Shown here one piece after another: positions 39,901 through 50,930 of a stretch of DNA of 64,000 nt (position 1 is the first letter of the stretch; every line of letters starts with the position of its first letter). This DNA is from Kudoa neothunni (Eukaryota > Animalia > Cnidaria). The notes under the pieces were generated by a model. That model was given only the letters and a program-made list of their open reading frames with translations. It had not been told where the DNA came from and ran no database searches. The translations under genes were made by a program, and so were the position numbers. Location: the NCBI GenBank assembly GCA_964304625.1, contig OZ199840.1, forward strand, positions 6,823,252-6,887,251, read 5' to 3'.

Positions 39901-40629
39901 TCCAGAATCGATTGTCAAAACTTGGCGAATTTTCCTTCTCTATAAGAAATCGTTTTGAATGATACGAGCATTGTTTTTGAGGATTTCAAAAAATATACAT
40001 GCGAGCGTTTGGATCGATTGAGAAATTCATTTGATGATTACGTCACCCCTGGGGAAATACATGAGTCAGAGAGTTGGATCATTAACCTCTTTGCATTCAA
40101 ATTAGACAAAATGAATGATAATGACGAAGAAAAAGAGAATCTGCTCGATTTGCGAGAATGCCATTCCATCAAATTGTTATTTGATTCTAGTTCGCTCGAA
40201 CATTTTTGATGCGGAACTTTAATTCAATATCCTACCCTTTCCAAAAGAGCTCTCCAAATATTGGTTCAATTCTCAACAACTTGGCTTTGTGAAGCTGGAT
40301 TTGCCACACTTCCGTATATAAAAAATAAATATCGAAATTCACTCAATCCCGAAAATGATATGTGTTTACCATTATCCAATAAAGAACCTCGCTTTGATTT
40401 TTTTGACTACAGTTATTATATTTCGTTGTTATGAAAAGCATTGTTTCATTTTTATTTTTGTATAATATTTGGAAAACTTCTGTTCGAATTTAACTAACTT
40501 CATTTTCTATTAAAGGTAGATCTGTTTTCAAATTTCTAATTCAATGGGGGTCCGGAGTTAAATTTATTAATTGTGGGGGGAGGGGGGGGGGGGGGAGGTC
40601 CGAAGTCTTAAACGAATCGGGAAGCACTG
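36983..40629 (+). mobile_element. hAT Buster/Charlie-type transposon with transposase pseudogene (38619-~40400), containing a nested Merlin
   Basis: TIRs cagcgcttcccgatt and aatcgggaagcactg; TSD ctctaaaa/ctctataa. BED finger RPQCILC...SLKPSKLHEH, KKPHTI, LSNNII, SVQLDELTD, ICTDGAP, TEVRWLSRG and LAYLADIF. Confidence 0.95.
37034..38107 (+). mobile_element. Merlin (IS1016/ISXO2-like) element with 3'-truncated transposase
   Basis: Imperfect ~45-bp TIRs (ggttaatgtttacaatatccccaacactcgg..tttcgtttccga versus the reverse complement of 38061-38107). Flanks aaaaaatata/agaaaatgta. ORFs contain CxCG...FRC...SIR and KIGGPGIKVQIDES...WIVGGVD. Confidence 0.88.
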
Positions 40630-40637
40630 CTCTATAA

Positions 40638-40946
40638 CAATGGTGAGCCCAATTTTATGTCTCGGGGTTTCATCAGCCAATTACAAGCTTCCAAAGGGCC
40701 ACAAGTTATAAAGTATTGGGATAATTCCAAACATAAACCGATACCTTAATTGCATACGGATAAAAATAATCTAAGTTAAATCTATGGAATCACTTTTTTT
40801 ATAATTTTATGATTATATGATGTAAGTAAACAGGTGAAAATTCCAAATATTGCATTGAATACACCAACGTTTTTAAATTTAACTTAGGCCTTTAGCTCCA
40901 TGGGCCACATAATAAGTGCTCTGGGGCGGCATGTTGTTCATCCCTG
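40638..40946. mobile_element. Short hAT MITE in tandem with the preceding hAT
   Basis: Termini caatggtgagccca and gttgttcatccctg, flanked on both sides by CTCTATAA (40630-40637 and 40947-40954). Confidence 0.75.
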
Positions 40947-42583
40947 CTCTATAAATAACAATTATTCATCCATAATTAAGGTCACAATGCGTATTAAAGA
41001 TCTTAGAGTAATGTCTTAAACTAAAGTTGTTTTATTCGCACTTAGCTGTAAGAGCATAACCAATGTGATTCTTTAGTTGTGCATTATAGGTTATTTTATA
41101 ACGGTTCAAGAAATTTTATTACAAAAACTGAAAAATTCAAAAGTTTCATAATATTTAAACACACTCACATCACCGATTTACTTTAATTTTTAAGCCTTTA
41201 AATTCATGTGAGCTCCCAAAATTTTCAAACTCCCTCACGCGTGTAAATGAGATTGGGATATCAATTAAAGTATAAGCTTCATATGTTTAGAACAATAATC
41301 AAATATATTAATTTTCCGTCTCAATAAAAAAATCTTCATTTTTTGGGAAATCCGCTTTATTTAGATTATTTAAATTATAATTTGATATTTTCGGGTGCAA
41401 CTTTTAAATTCCTTTTAAGAAAATGGAACGCGAGTCGATAACTAAATATAACTTAGGTTTTTATGTTATACGATTCATGCGTCTTAGCCCCTCTCTGAAA
41501 ACTAATTAGGCTGCATAAAAATAAAAAAATCGAAACGATAATTTGAAATATATTAAATAACGAACCCAATTTTTACAATAAATGAGTTTTTTCTGTATCC
41601 TATAATCGCGACAAAGATATTTTGCGCAACTAGAACAAGTAATCAAATATTTTTTCTTTGTCTCGAGGGCAGAAGGAACATCTGTTTCTTTTTATTTGGG
41701 TTAAAATAAATTCTGGAATTATGGGTTCTTCAGCACAATACGGTTTTTCGAACATTTCGAACCTGCTTTTTACAAGAGTTGATAAGTTACTTGATTTAGC
41801 TTGACGAAGGGTTACATTTGGTGAGGCTAATTCAATTGAAAGTTGGCGTATGAATGTTTGTCTTCTATTTCGGTCATGCTTTTTCCATTCTGGAAATTTA
41901 TTTATCCAGACAACATATGAGTTTAATACAGCGATATCTACTAGATCCATAAATACCCTAAAAGGCCATCTGCGAGTCGGCTTCGCACATGTATATAACG
42001 TCGTCATTTTGTCAGCGTTGTCTACGCCTCCTTTCGTTTTATTATAGCGCAATATTATGTTGGGCCTTTTTCGATTTCCTTCTTCAATTGAAGAGTCATT
42101 AAATTCAATAGATAAGAGGATCACCGCATAGTTTTTTTAGACATGTATGAGACCATAGTGAGTTTACCATTAAAAACAAACATGGAAGAAAAGACTTCAC
42201 GATAACGATATGGTGCTTTCAAAAACTGACTAGGAATCTCACTTTTGTTCGAACGAATAGTTCCCGTTAGTGTTATATTGTTCTTTAGAAGCTCCTGGGC
42301 AAGTGATACAGATGTAAAATAATTATCGACGGTGACCCCTCTACCAATCCCATAAAAAGGACTAATTAGGTCAGTAACCACTCTTTCTCCTTCGTTAAGC
42401 TCCCTAGCACCTTCTATCTTGCCAGTATATGACTGAATATTCAGAAGATAGGAAGTCTCAACGTCGGCAGCAACTCAAAGTTTTAGCACATATCTACCAG
42501 GCTTATTTTTCATGTAGACGCGAAAAGGGCATCTACCTCTACATTTTGCCAAACGTTCATCTACTGTAAGATAAGGACCTGGT

Positions 42584-42671
42584 TGTAGCAATTATAATAA
42601 CCTTGTTATTAGTTATCATTCGGGACGGCTTTTTATTATTATAATCAGAAGGTTTCTTGCAGCATATTACA
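42584..42671 (+). repeat. 5' LTR (88 bp)
   Basis: TG...CA termini; 4 transition differences from the 3' LTR. Confidence 0.97.
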
Positions 42672-42672
42672 T

Positions 42673-42682
42673 TGGTGCCGAA
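42673..42682 (+). promoter_or_regulatory. Primer-binding site, tRNA-Phe-like
   Basis: TGGTGCCGAA starts 1 nt after the LTR and is complementary to the recalled 3' end of eukaryotic tRNA-Phe (TTCGGCACCA). Confidence 0.75.
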
Positions 42683-42690
42683 CGTTTATA

Positions 42691-43470
42691 ATGAAATTCA
42701 ATTTCGAATTTGACTTTACAAAACCGATCGCTGATCAATTCAAAACCTTAGAACTGATGGCAGTGGCCAATCAATGGAATGATGAACAAATATATGCCTT
42801 CAATGCCTTGGCTATTCCTTCTGGGGAGCGACCTTCCCTCCTACCAAATGAGGCAGAGGCAGCGGAATTCGGAAAGTTGGCAGTGTTACACCAGAAGATT
42901 ATCCGTTTTTCTCAAAATAAACAAAACCCTGTGGATTCATGGAACAATTTTCTCAACTGCTCGATAAAACCTGGCGAAAATATAAATTTATATGCCAATC
43001 GATTCCTTGGATATATGCGAGTAGCAAGACCGAATATAACTAGTAACGATATTAATTTCCTCCTAAGACCTAAAATCATTGATTGTGTTCAAAACGAAAC
43101 CTTTCGACTTACTCTCAAAGCTGATACAAATTTAACCCTTAACGATGTTATTAATAAAGTGGAAATGTATTCTAAGCTGATCACAAACAATGAGACAGTC
43201 AACATGGTTATCAACGAAGAAGAGGAACAATTAAATATCGCAACGATCTACCCCCATAGAAATGATGTGAAAAAACATCAAAAACACAGCTACAATCAAA
43301 ATGGATGCATGCGCTGTGGAAGTTTTAACCATCAAACAATTGTTTGCAAGGGGGATTCTATACGCTGAAACTGTGGTCAAAAAGGACACCTGAGCAGAAT
43401 ATGTAGAAATCGGCCGGGAAACGTGCGAAGGGGAGTTCGCCAGCTTGGGGGACTTCCCCGAAACCATTAA
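42691..43470 (+). pseudogene. gag: gag with two CCHC knuckles; premature TGA in the second knuckle
   Basis: CMRCGSFNHQTIVC, then R*NCGQKGHLSRIC (stop at 43366-43368). The natural stop is TAA at 43468-43470. Confidence 0.85.
43416..43459 (+). promoter_or_regulatory. -1 programmed ribosomal frameshift signal
   Basis: G GGA AAC in the gag frame, 7-nt spacer, then stem ggggagttc/ggacttcccc. The -1 frame is open into pol. Confidence 0.85.
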
Positions 43471-46442
43471 ATACCGAATTTATCGCATTCACCACCGAGC
43501 GTGATATCTCACCTACTCATCCTTGGACAACAAATATATCATTTCCTAATGTCTCAAAATGCTTTGACGCTATCATAGACACCGGATCCGCCTATACAAT
43601 AGTAAATTCTTCGATTGTACCGCCAAATTGCCCATGCAAACCTACACCTATGCATCTATACACCGCTTCGGGAACCCCAATCAAAATTAGTTCATTAGTT
43701 ACCAAAACTCTTATATACGATGCTATAATTGGCCGTGATTTCCTAAAATGCGTTGATTCGAATGGTATTTTTATTGAAATTGCTGATGCATCTGTTTCAA
43801 ACGTCAACGTTACAAACTCAAGACACAATGGTAAATACCAAAAGATTGTTAATGATATCTTCAAAGAATTCAAAAGCGTATTTGCGAATGATATAAATGA
43901 TCTACAAACTGCTAAAACAATATATCATTCAATTGATACTGACGAAGCAAAACCTGTAGTTACAAAACAAATAGAGGCTGCTCTGCTGAATAATATAATT
44001 AGACCCTCAAGTAGTCCGTGGTGTTCTCCAGTAGTTATGGTTCCCAAAAAGGATGGCAACATTAGAATGTGTGTTGACTATCGGAAACTTAACAGCATAA
44101 CCCGCAGAGATGAATATCCTCTCCCTAGATTAGAAGATACGCTAGATATTATGGCCGGATCTACTGTGTTTACCACGCTCGATCTTCAATGCGGCTACTG
44201 GCAAATACCCTTGAAAGAAGAAGATATCCCTAAAACGGCATTTTCTCCGGGAAATGGTCATGGTCTCTATGAGTTTGTGAAAATGCCATTTGGATTGTCT
44301 AATGCACCTGCTACATTCCAACGTGGAATGGATAAGCTCTTTGAAAATATTCCGAACGCAATGGCCTACCTAGATGATATTATTATATTTTCAAAAAATG
44401 AAGTAGAACATACCAAACACGTCCAAAATGTACTCAGTGTTTTGGAACGAGAAAATTTACGCATCAATTTTTCTAAAAGTGTTTTCTATCAGGAAGAATT
44501 AAAGTATTTGGGCTTCATTATCTCCAAAAATGGGATAAGATGTGATCCGAGCAAGATAGAGGCAATAGCGAACTGGAAAACTCCTACGAATAGAGATGAA
44601 TTGAAAAGTTTCCTTAGAACTGTCAACTTTTTGCACAAACACTTAGAGAATCTTGCCGACGTTACCGCCCCATTAACTCAACTGCTTGAAGGTTCATCAA
44701 AATTCCAGTGGGATGATAAATGCCATAATCACTTTTTACGAACCAAGAAGCTAGTTCAAGATTCGCCCATGCTACATTTTCCTGATTTAAATATTGATTT
44801 CTGTATCGAGACCGACGCATCAAATACTGCGAGTGGAGCGATTTTGTTCCAAGAAACCAAAAATAATGTGATAGCCTACACTAGTCGAAAATTTACCAAA
44901 CCTGAACAGAGATATGCAACTATAGATAAAGAAGCTTTGGCTATCATCCACGCAGTTCGAAAGTTTAGACCATACCTACTTGGTCGCCGCTTTACAATAT
45001 TCACCGATCATAACCCCTTGGTATATTTAAAAACAATAAGGGATCCTCGCGGTCGCAGAGCGCGTTGGATGTTAGAGTTAGAGGAATACGAATTTGAAGT
45101 TAAGTATATTCCTGGATCTAAAAACCATTATGCAGACTCTCTTTCGAGGAGTTGCGCGACGATAATGCCAAACATCAATTCTGATGAGCTCAAAGAGGAA
45201 CAATCAAAGGATCCAACTATTTCAACAGTGAAAATAGCCATAGAAGAATCTGATCCAACAAATTTGAATACTATTACCGCTTTGGAGCTTTGGCAAAGGA
45301 AATCTAAACTTGAAATTATCAATGGAATATTATTTCATAAATCTAGAAGTGGGAAATTACCTGTAATCCCAAAATCACTACAGCTACAGCATCGCATGCT
45401 AGAATGTATCCATGGTGAATCAGCTCATTCCGGTGTCAACAAGACACTTAACAGATTGAGAAAAACATGCTATTGGACGAAAATGGATACTGATTGTGTG
45501 AAATATGTTTCACAATGCGAAACATGTAAGAGAGTTAAAGGCGAAAAAACCAAACCGAAAGCACCGCTGGCTCCTATACCTGTTAACTCCCAAGCTTTTA
45601 TGTGGCACGCTGACTTTATGGGTCCTCTGGAAAGCACTAAGAGAGGGAACCGATACATATTATTGTTTGTGGACCAATTTAGCAAATGGGTCGAAGCTTG
45701 TCCCCTGCGTGTTATTGACGCAAAGTCAACAGCCGACGCATTGATTTCCTTGATTATTTCAAGACATGGTGTTCCTCATCGTATCCACACTGACCAAGGT
45801 TGTCAGTTCGAATCTTGTCTCTTCAACGACGTCTGCACCTCACTTGGAATCAACCATAGTCATCCCACCGTTTACCATCCGGAAGGGACTGGTATGACCG
45901 AAAGGCAGGTTAGAAATTTAAAAACAAAACTTAAGGCGTTAGTTCACGAAGAGAAAAAAGATTGGGATGAACTTCTTGATTATGCCCTATTCGCCATCAG
46001 GATCACTACGTCGGCAACTACAAATTATACACCTACAGCCTTATTATACGGAAGAGAGCTCCGGTCTCCCAGCCAAAATATTTTAGAACTGAATCAATCT
46101 ACGAACTCTAACTATCATATATACGCCGATGATATTAAAAGACGGTTAAAATCTTATACAAAAGCAGCTTCCGAGAACACAAAAATATCCCAACAAAAGC
46201 AATCCCTATATTACAATAGAAACTGCACCAAAAGTTTTCATAACATAGGAGAGTTCGTTTTAGTGAAAAACCGAAAGCCAACAGCACCTTCACCTAAATA
46301 TGAAGGCCCCTACCAAATAATGGAAAGGCGCGAATATGTCTACTCCCTCCAAAAACATAATGGAAAAATTCTCAAAGTACATTTTAATGACATTATTAGA
46401 ACATCAAAACCTTTCAACGCCGCACATACTGATAAACTATGA
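43416..46442 (+). CDS. pol: pol polyprotein (protease, RT, RNase H, integrase) in the -1 frame relative to gag
   Basis: AIIDTGSA (upstream of the listed ATG), IIGRDFL, RMCVDYRKLN, MPFGLSNAPATFQ, YLDD, ETDAS, FTDHNPL, HHCC zinc finger, HADF..HTDQG..E and GPY. Confidence 0.95.
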   Translation, partial: GKRAKGSSPAWGTSPKPLNTEFIAFTTERDISPTHPWTTNISFPNVSKCFDAIIDTGSAYTIVNSSIVPPNCPCKPTPMHLYTASGTPIKISSLVTKTLIYDAIIGRDFLKCVDSNGIFIEIADASVSNVNVTNSRHNGKYQKIVNDIFKEFKSVFANDINDLQTAKTIYHSIDTDEAKPVVTKQIEAALLNNIIRPSSSPWCSPVVMVPKKDGNIRMCVDYRKLNSITRRDEYPLPRLEDTLDIMAGSTVFTTLDLQCGYWQIPLKEEDIPKTAFSPGNGHGLYEFVKMPFGLSNAPATFQRGMDKLFENIPNAMAYLDDIIIFSKNEVEHTKHVQNVLSVLERENLRINFSKSVFYQEELKYLGFIISKNGIRCDPSKIEAIANWKTPTNRDELKSFLRTVNFLHKHLENLADVTAPLTQLLEGSSKFQWDDKCHNHFLRTKKLVQDSPMLHFPDLNIDFCIETDASNTASGAILFQETKNNVIAYTSRKFTKPEQRYATIDKEALAIIHAVRKFRPYLLGRRFTIFTDHNPLVYLKTIRDPRGRRARWMLELEEYEFEVKYIPGSKNHYADSLSRSCATIMPNINSDELKEEQSKDPTISTVKIAIEESDPTNLNTITALELWQRKSKLEIINGILFHKSRSGKLPVIPKSLQLQHRMLECIHGESAHSGVNKTLNRLRKTCYWTKMDTDCVKYVSQCETCKRVKGEKTKPKAPLAPIPVNSQAFMWHADFMGPLESTKRGNRYILLFVDQFSKWVEACPLRVIDAKSTADALISLIISRHGVPHRIHTDQGCQFESCLFNDVCTSLGINHSHPTVYHPEGTGMTERQVRNLKTKLKALVHEEKKDWDELLDYALFAIRITTSATTNYTPTALLYGRELRSPSQNILELNQSTNSNYHIYADDIKRRLKSYTKAASENTKISQQKQSLYYNRNCTKSFHNIGEFVLVKNRKPTAPSPKYEGPYQIMERREYVYSLQKHNGKILKVHFNDIIRTSKPFNAAHTDKL

Positions 46443-46548
46443 ATTCCGTCTGGAAACTGAACTCAACAAAACAAACCCAAATTCTCCTAATGCCTGGCAC
46501 ATGATGATGCTCCTTATAGTACCTATGCTATAAAATGAAGGGGAGGAA

Positions 46549-46636
46549 TATAGCAATTATAATAACCTTGTTATTAGTTATCATTCGGGATGGCTTTTTA
46601 TTATTATAATCGGAAAGTTTCTTGCAGCATATTACA
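46549..46636 (+). repeat. 3' LTR (88 bp), TG mutated to TA
   Basis: Directly follows the PPT at 46537-46548 and is followed by the TSD CTGGT. Confidence 0.97.
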
Positions 46637-47992
46637 CTGGTGCGTAATATTTTAAACAATTATCGTTAAAAATTTGAAAAACTTCTTCGTATTGGTTCAA
46701 ACTTGTCCTTTGAAATGCGAAACCGTTCAACTCTAATGGATTTATCGTCAAATCTCAACATTTGGTAAATGTGAGTGAACCTATCTCTAGACAGTGCCGA
46801 TGAAAAATAAAATTGTTTAAACAAGGGATTCGTTTCCCACATGTTTCGGAGAACCATCGTTCGACCATTCGATCATCCTGATGCAATTAGAACACCAAAC
46901 AACGCTTTGATCTCATCTATAGATATATTATCGTTTTCAAATACTCTTTCCTTTCTAAATTCGTTCGTATGCTTTAGTATAATATTTGTAATAATATCTG
47001 AAATAAATAATTCAAAGGTACCAAGAATTGTTGTAACATTCTTAGCATCCCCAAGTATACCAGGAGGATTTGTAACCATGTTATATATAAGACTCTTTGT
47101 GGGAAAAATGCGCCTAGTACTCCATTCGAAACCAGATCGAGAAACAAGTGTAGCATCTGGATCAGTATTTTTGAAACACTGTTAGAGTAATCAAAAAAAT
47201 TGTTTTCGGTGTTGTCATCATTATCGCTCTCATTAATTCTTTTATGTAATCTTCGGCAGATAAATCATAGATTGCAGATATTTCAAATTCAGAAAAATCA
47301 TCATCAGTGAAAGAATCTTCCAATAGCTTTTCGACGTTATCGTTGTAATGCTTGTTGGTCATAATTTTCCTAAATATACGTTTAACTCAATTTCGAATAA
47401 AATTTGATAGTTTAAATACCGCTTTTATTCAATCACAAACAAAGCGTGTTGGGTTGAAATTGTGGAATATTATCGGATTAAATTTCGGTTAATCTCCTAC
47501 GTGTTTAGGAAGTAATTTATCAGAACTTCTTCCATATAATTCAGTTATTTAAGAAAATTAAAAATTCTTAGAAATTATGTGGTAAATTTGTAACAACACA
47601 AAAACCTTCAATGTATTCACTATTCACTCAAAAAGTAATTATTTTTAAAAAAATTAAAAAAAAGACGTATTGTAATATGTTGGATGCATTCTTAAAGTCT
47701 TGCAGTGAGCGGAGTCATCTTATCGAAACTATCAAAAAAATAACAAACTTGGGGTAACAAATATACCCCACTCCGGACAGGGTGGGTTAATCTTAAATCT
47801 TTACTAGAGTTTTAAATGATATAAAAGAAGCTTAACAACGAAAATATCGTCACAATAATGTGAGACGCTGAATAAAACCAGTGATAATAATCAAAAGCAT
47901 TAGATAAAATAGTCTCTCATTACAGGTCAAATAATATATATATATATATATAGCTATGTTGAACAAACAATCCACTAATATTTAATTCACAG

Positions 47993-50820
47993 CTACTGTT
48001 CTTTATCAAATCTGAAAGACTTCACAGTCGTGCTTATGACTCCACCAGTATATGAACCTCGCTTTTTCTTTGTTTTTTCATGCTTGAATTGCTTTCCTTT
48101 AACACTACTAAAACTATTGTGAGCTTTCACGCCAAAATCCCTTTTGCTTTCTGGCTAAAATACACATTAAGCCCCTGACTCTATATGGTCGTCCGTACCT
48201 TATAGCTATTGTCGGCAAGTTCAATCGGCAAACTGTCAGTGGAAATCTTCACTCTTTTAAAACTTTCCTTTTAACAGAATTAATGCATAATAAATACGTA
48301 TATAACTTTACTTTATTTGAATCTTTCTTCGAACTTAGCGAGTCTATAAATTTATTACTTAAAATAGATAGACAACAATAGCTTCCGTTACGTTCATTAT
48401 CTCCCTTGTTGAGGGATGCCAGAGGAGTGGATGTTGATGTTATTGGCAGGCTATGATTCGATTTAGTCACTTTAGATAACAAAGACGATTCATCAGCCTT
48501 TTTCGATCGTTTCACAGGTGTTTTGGAGATCTATACCACCACTATAATAACTTTAATCATACATTTAGAACCTCAGAATCCTCCTCCTCCTCTTCATCAT
48601 CAGTGTCCGTTGACACTTGGCCTGGTAATAAATGACTTTGGTTAGTGGATGATTTAAGTTTAGACCTTTTTGCGTTCTCCACTGCATTAGAGTCAGTTGA
48701 CGAATTCACTTCAACAAATGATCTTTTCTGCTTAGTAGGTGTCGTCGCATCAGTCTTTGGTTTACGTGGCTTTGTGACTTTTCGTAGGACTGGGCCATCA
48801 TCACTACTGCTATCACTGTCAGAACTACTAACTTCAGCATTTTTCTCAATAGTTGATTTCTTGATAGACGTAGAATCATCCAACTTTGAAGTTTCGCTCA
48901 AAAGTTTTTCAGAGATAGGCGTTTTCTTCGAAATTGGCTCGTCATCGCTACTACTGTCACTATCAGAGCTACTCTCAGACTTTTTCTTAATGGATGACTT
49001 TGACGTAATAGACGCATTAAGCTTAGAAGGAGCTCTAGTGAATTTTGCAGGAGTAAGCGTTTTCCTTGGAACTGTTCCACCATCACTACTGCTATCACTA
49101 TCGGAGCTACTTTTAAATTTCTTCTTAGTAACTAGCTTGGATGTAGTAGACGTATTCAACTTTGTAGGAGTCTTCGAGGATTTTACAGGAGTAGGTGTTT
49201 TTTTCAAAGTTGGTTCGTCATCGCTACTGCTGTCAGTATCTGAGCTACTATCACCTCCTTTCTTAACAAATGGCTTTTTTGTGGTAGAAGATGCATCAGC
49301 CGCAGTGGACGTATTCAACTTTGTAGGAGTCTTCGAGGATTTTGCGGGAGTAGCTATTTTCTTCGAAGCTGGCTCGTCGTCGCTACTGCTATCGCTATCG
49401 GAGCTACTCTTAGATTTTTTCTTAGTAGCTAATTTGGATGTAGTAGACGTATTAAGCTTAGAAGGAGCTTTGCTAGATTTTACAGGAGTAGGTGTTTTTT
49501 TCGAAGTTGGTTCGTCGTCGCTACTGCTGTCACTATCAGAACTGCTTTTAGATTTCTTCTTAGTAACTACCTTAGAAGTAGTAGACGTATTCAACTTAGT
49601 AGAAGTCTTCGAGGATTTTATAGGAGTAGGTGTTTTTTTCGAGGTTGGTTGGTCATCGATACTGCTGTCAGTATCTGAGCTACTATCACCTCCTTTCTTA
49701 ACAAATGGCTTTTTTGTGGTAGAAGATGCATCAGCCGCAGTGGACGTATTCAACTTTGTAGGAGTCTTCGAGGATTTTGCGGGAGTAGCTATTTTCTTCG
49801 AAGCTGGCTCGTCGTCGCTGCTGCTATCGCTATCGGAGCTACTTTTAAATTTTTTCTTAGTAACTAGCTTGGGTGTAGTAGACGTATTCAACTTAGTAGA
49901 AGTCTTCGAGGATTTTGCGGGAGTAGCTATTTTCTTCGAAGCTGGCTCGTCGTCGCTACTGCTGTCACTGTCTGAGCTACTATTACCTCCTTTCTTAACA
50001 AATGGCTTTTTTGTGATAGAAGATGCATCAGCAGTAGTAGACGTACTGAGTTTAGAAGGAACCTTAGAGGGTTTTGCAAGCGTAGGTGTTTTCTTCGAAA
50101 CTGGTTTGCTGTCGCTGCTGCTGTCATTATCAGAACTACTATCGGATTGTTTATTAGCAGGGGACTGTTTAGTCGCATAAACGATTGAAGTAGAAAGCTT
50201 TGATGAAGTTTTCGAAGATTTTGCCGAGGAAGGTGTTTTCTTAATAGCCGGTTTGTCGTCGCTACTGCTGTCAGAACTTCCGCCAGATTCCTTTTTTGCC
50301 ATTAAATTATTATTATTTAGAGGCTTGATTGGCTTGGATAGGACCGTTTTGGACTTAGAAGTAGTCGTAAGTTTCTTCAGGGGTGGTTCATCATCACCAG
50401 TGCTATCGCTGTCAGAACTGCTAGAAGGTTCATTTTTCTTGTTTTTACCATTTAGTTTGACGTGGTTACCCGTCGAAGCTGCTTTCGCTGTCAGATTACC
50501 ACTTTTTGCTTTCTTTTTTCCGTCCAACTCGTTAATAGCATCCGAAGATACATCTGGTTGAGATTTCGTCAGTTCCTTACTGCAAAAATAAAATTATCAC
50601 AACTATGACTATAATACGTTAGGAATTTTTTCTTTAGGAATTCATTTGAATTGCTTTTATTATGTAGGATCTAAACCTGATTATCAAATATTCTACTATA
50701 GACGTATACAGTTGGAACTTTCTTCTTGAGACTTTCTGCAATATCCTTCAAGTCGTGTTGAGAGAGATAGCCGTAAATATGTTCTAGAATCAGATTCTTC
50801 TCAGCATCAGCCTTGCCCAT
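47993..50820 (-). CDS. NOLC1: Nucleolar and coiled-body phosphoprotein 1 (Nopp140/SRP40 family), multi-exon
   Basis: N-terminal LisH-like MGKADAEKNLILEHIYGYLSQHDLKDIAESL, central alternating SSSDSDSSSDDE and K/P/T-rich repeats, and an SRP40_C-like tail FGVKAHNSFSSVKGKQFKHEKTKKKRGSYTGGVISTTVKSFRFD. Confidence 0.93.
48770..50290 (-). repeat. Coding tandem repeats within NOLC1 (138- and 159-nt units)
   Basis: The anchor tcttaacaaatggc recurs at 49261, 49696 and 49993 (spacings 435 = 138+138+159 and 297 = 138+159). Confidence 0.85.
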
Positions 50821-50930
50821 AATGATAGACCACGTGGCCAACTGCTGGTTCTCGGCGTTGACCGCGGGGAGACGTATGTTAACAATTTAAAAGGAGCACA
50901 TTAATAAAAAGAATTTACATATTTATTTAA

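Larger units (their letters stand above)
42584..46636 (+). mobile_element. Ty3/gypsy (Metaviridae) LTR retrotransposon, 4053 bp
   Basis: 88-bp LTRs, 5-bp TSD CTGGT (42579-42583 and 46637-46641), primer-binding site (PBS) TGGTGCCGAA, polypurine tract (PPT) gaaggggaggaa, gag followed by PR-RT-RH-IN. Confidence 0.98.
41490..47786 (-). mobile_element. piggyBac transposon pseudogene interrupted by the gypsy element; left boundary uncertain
   Basis: Right terminus ggggtaacaaatatacccc...cagggtggg-TTAA. The frame rejoins across the insert as LKYYAP|GPYLTVDERLAKCRGRCPF; also VTVDNYFTSV, YNKTKGGVDNAD and TRRWP. Confidence 0.92.

Noticed and set aside
48645-50180. 511-aa + strand ORF rich in Leu/Ser/Val/Phe
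   Set aside because: It is the antisense shadow of the repetitive NOLC1 exon, whose codon usage excludes reverse-strand stops.
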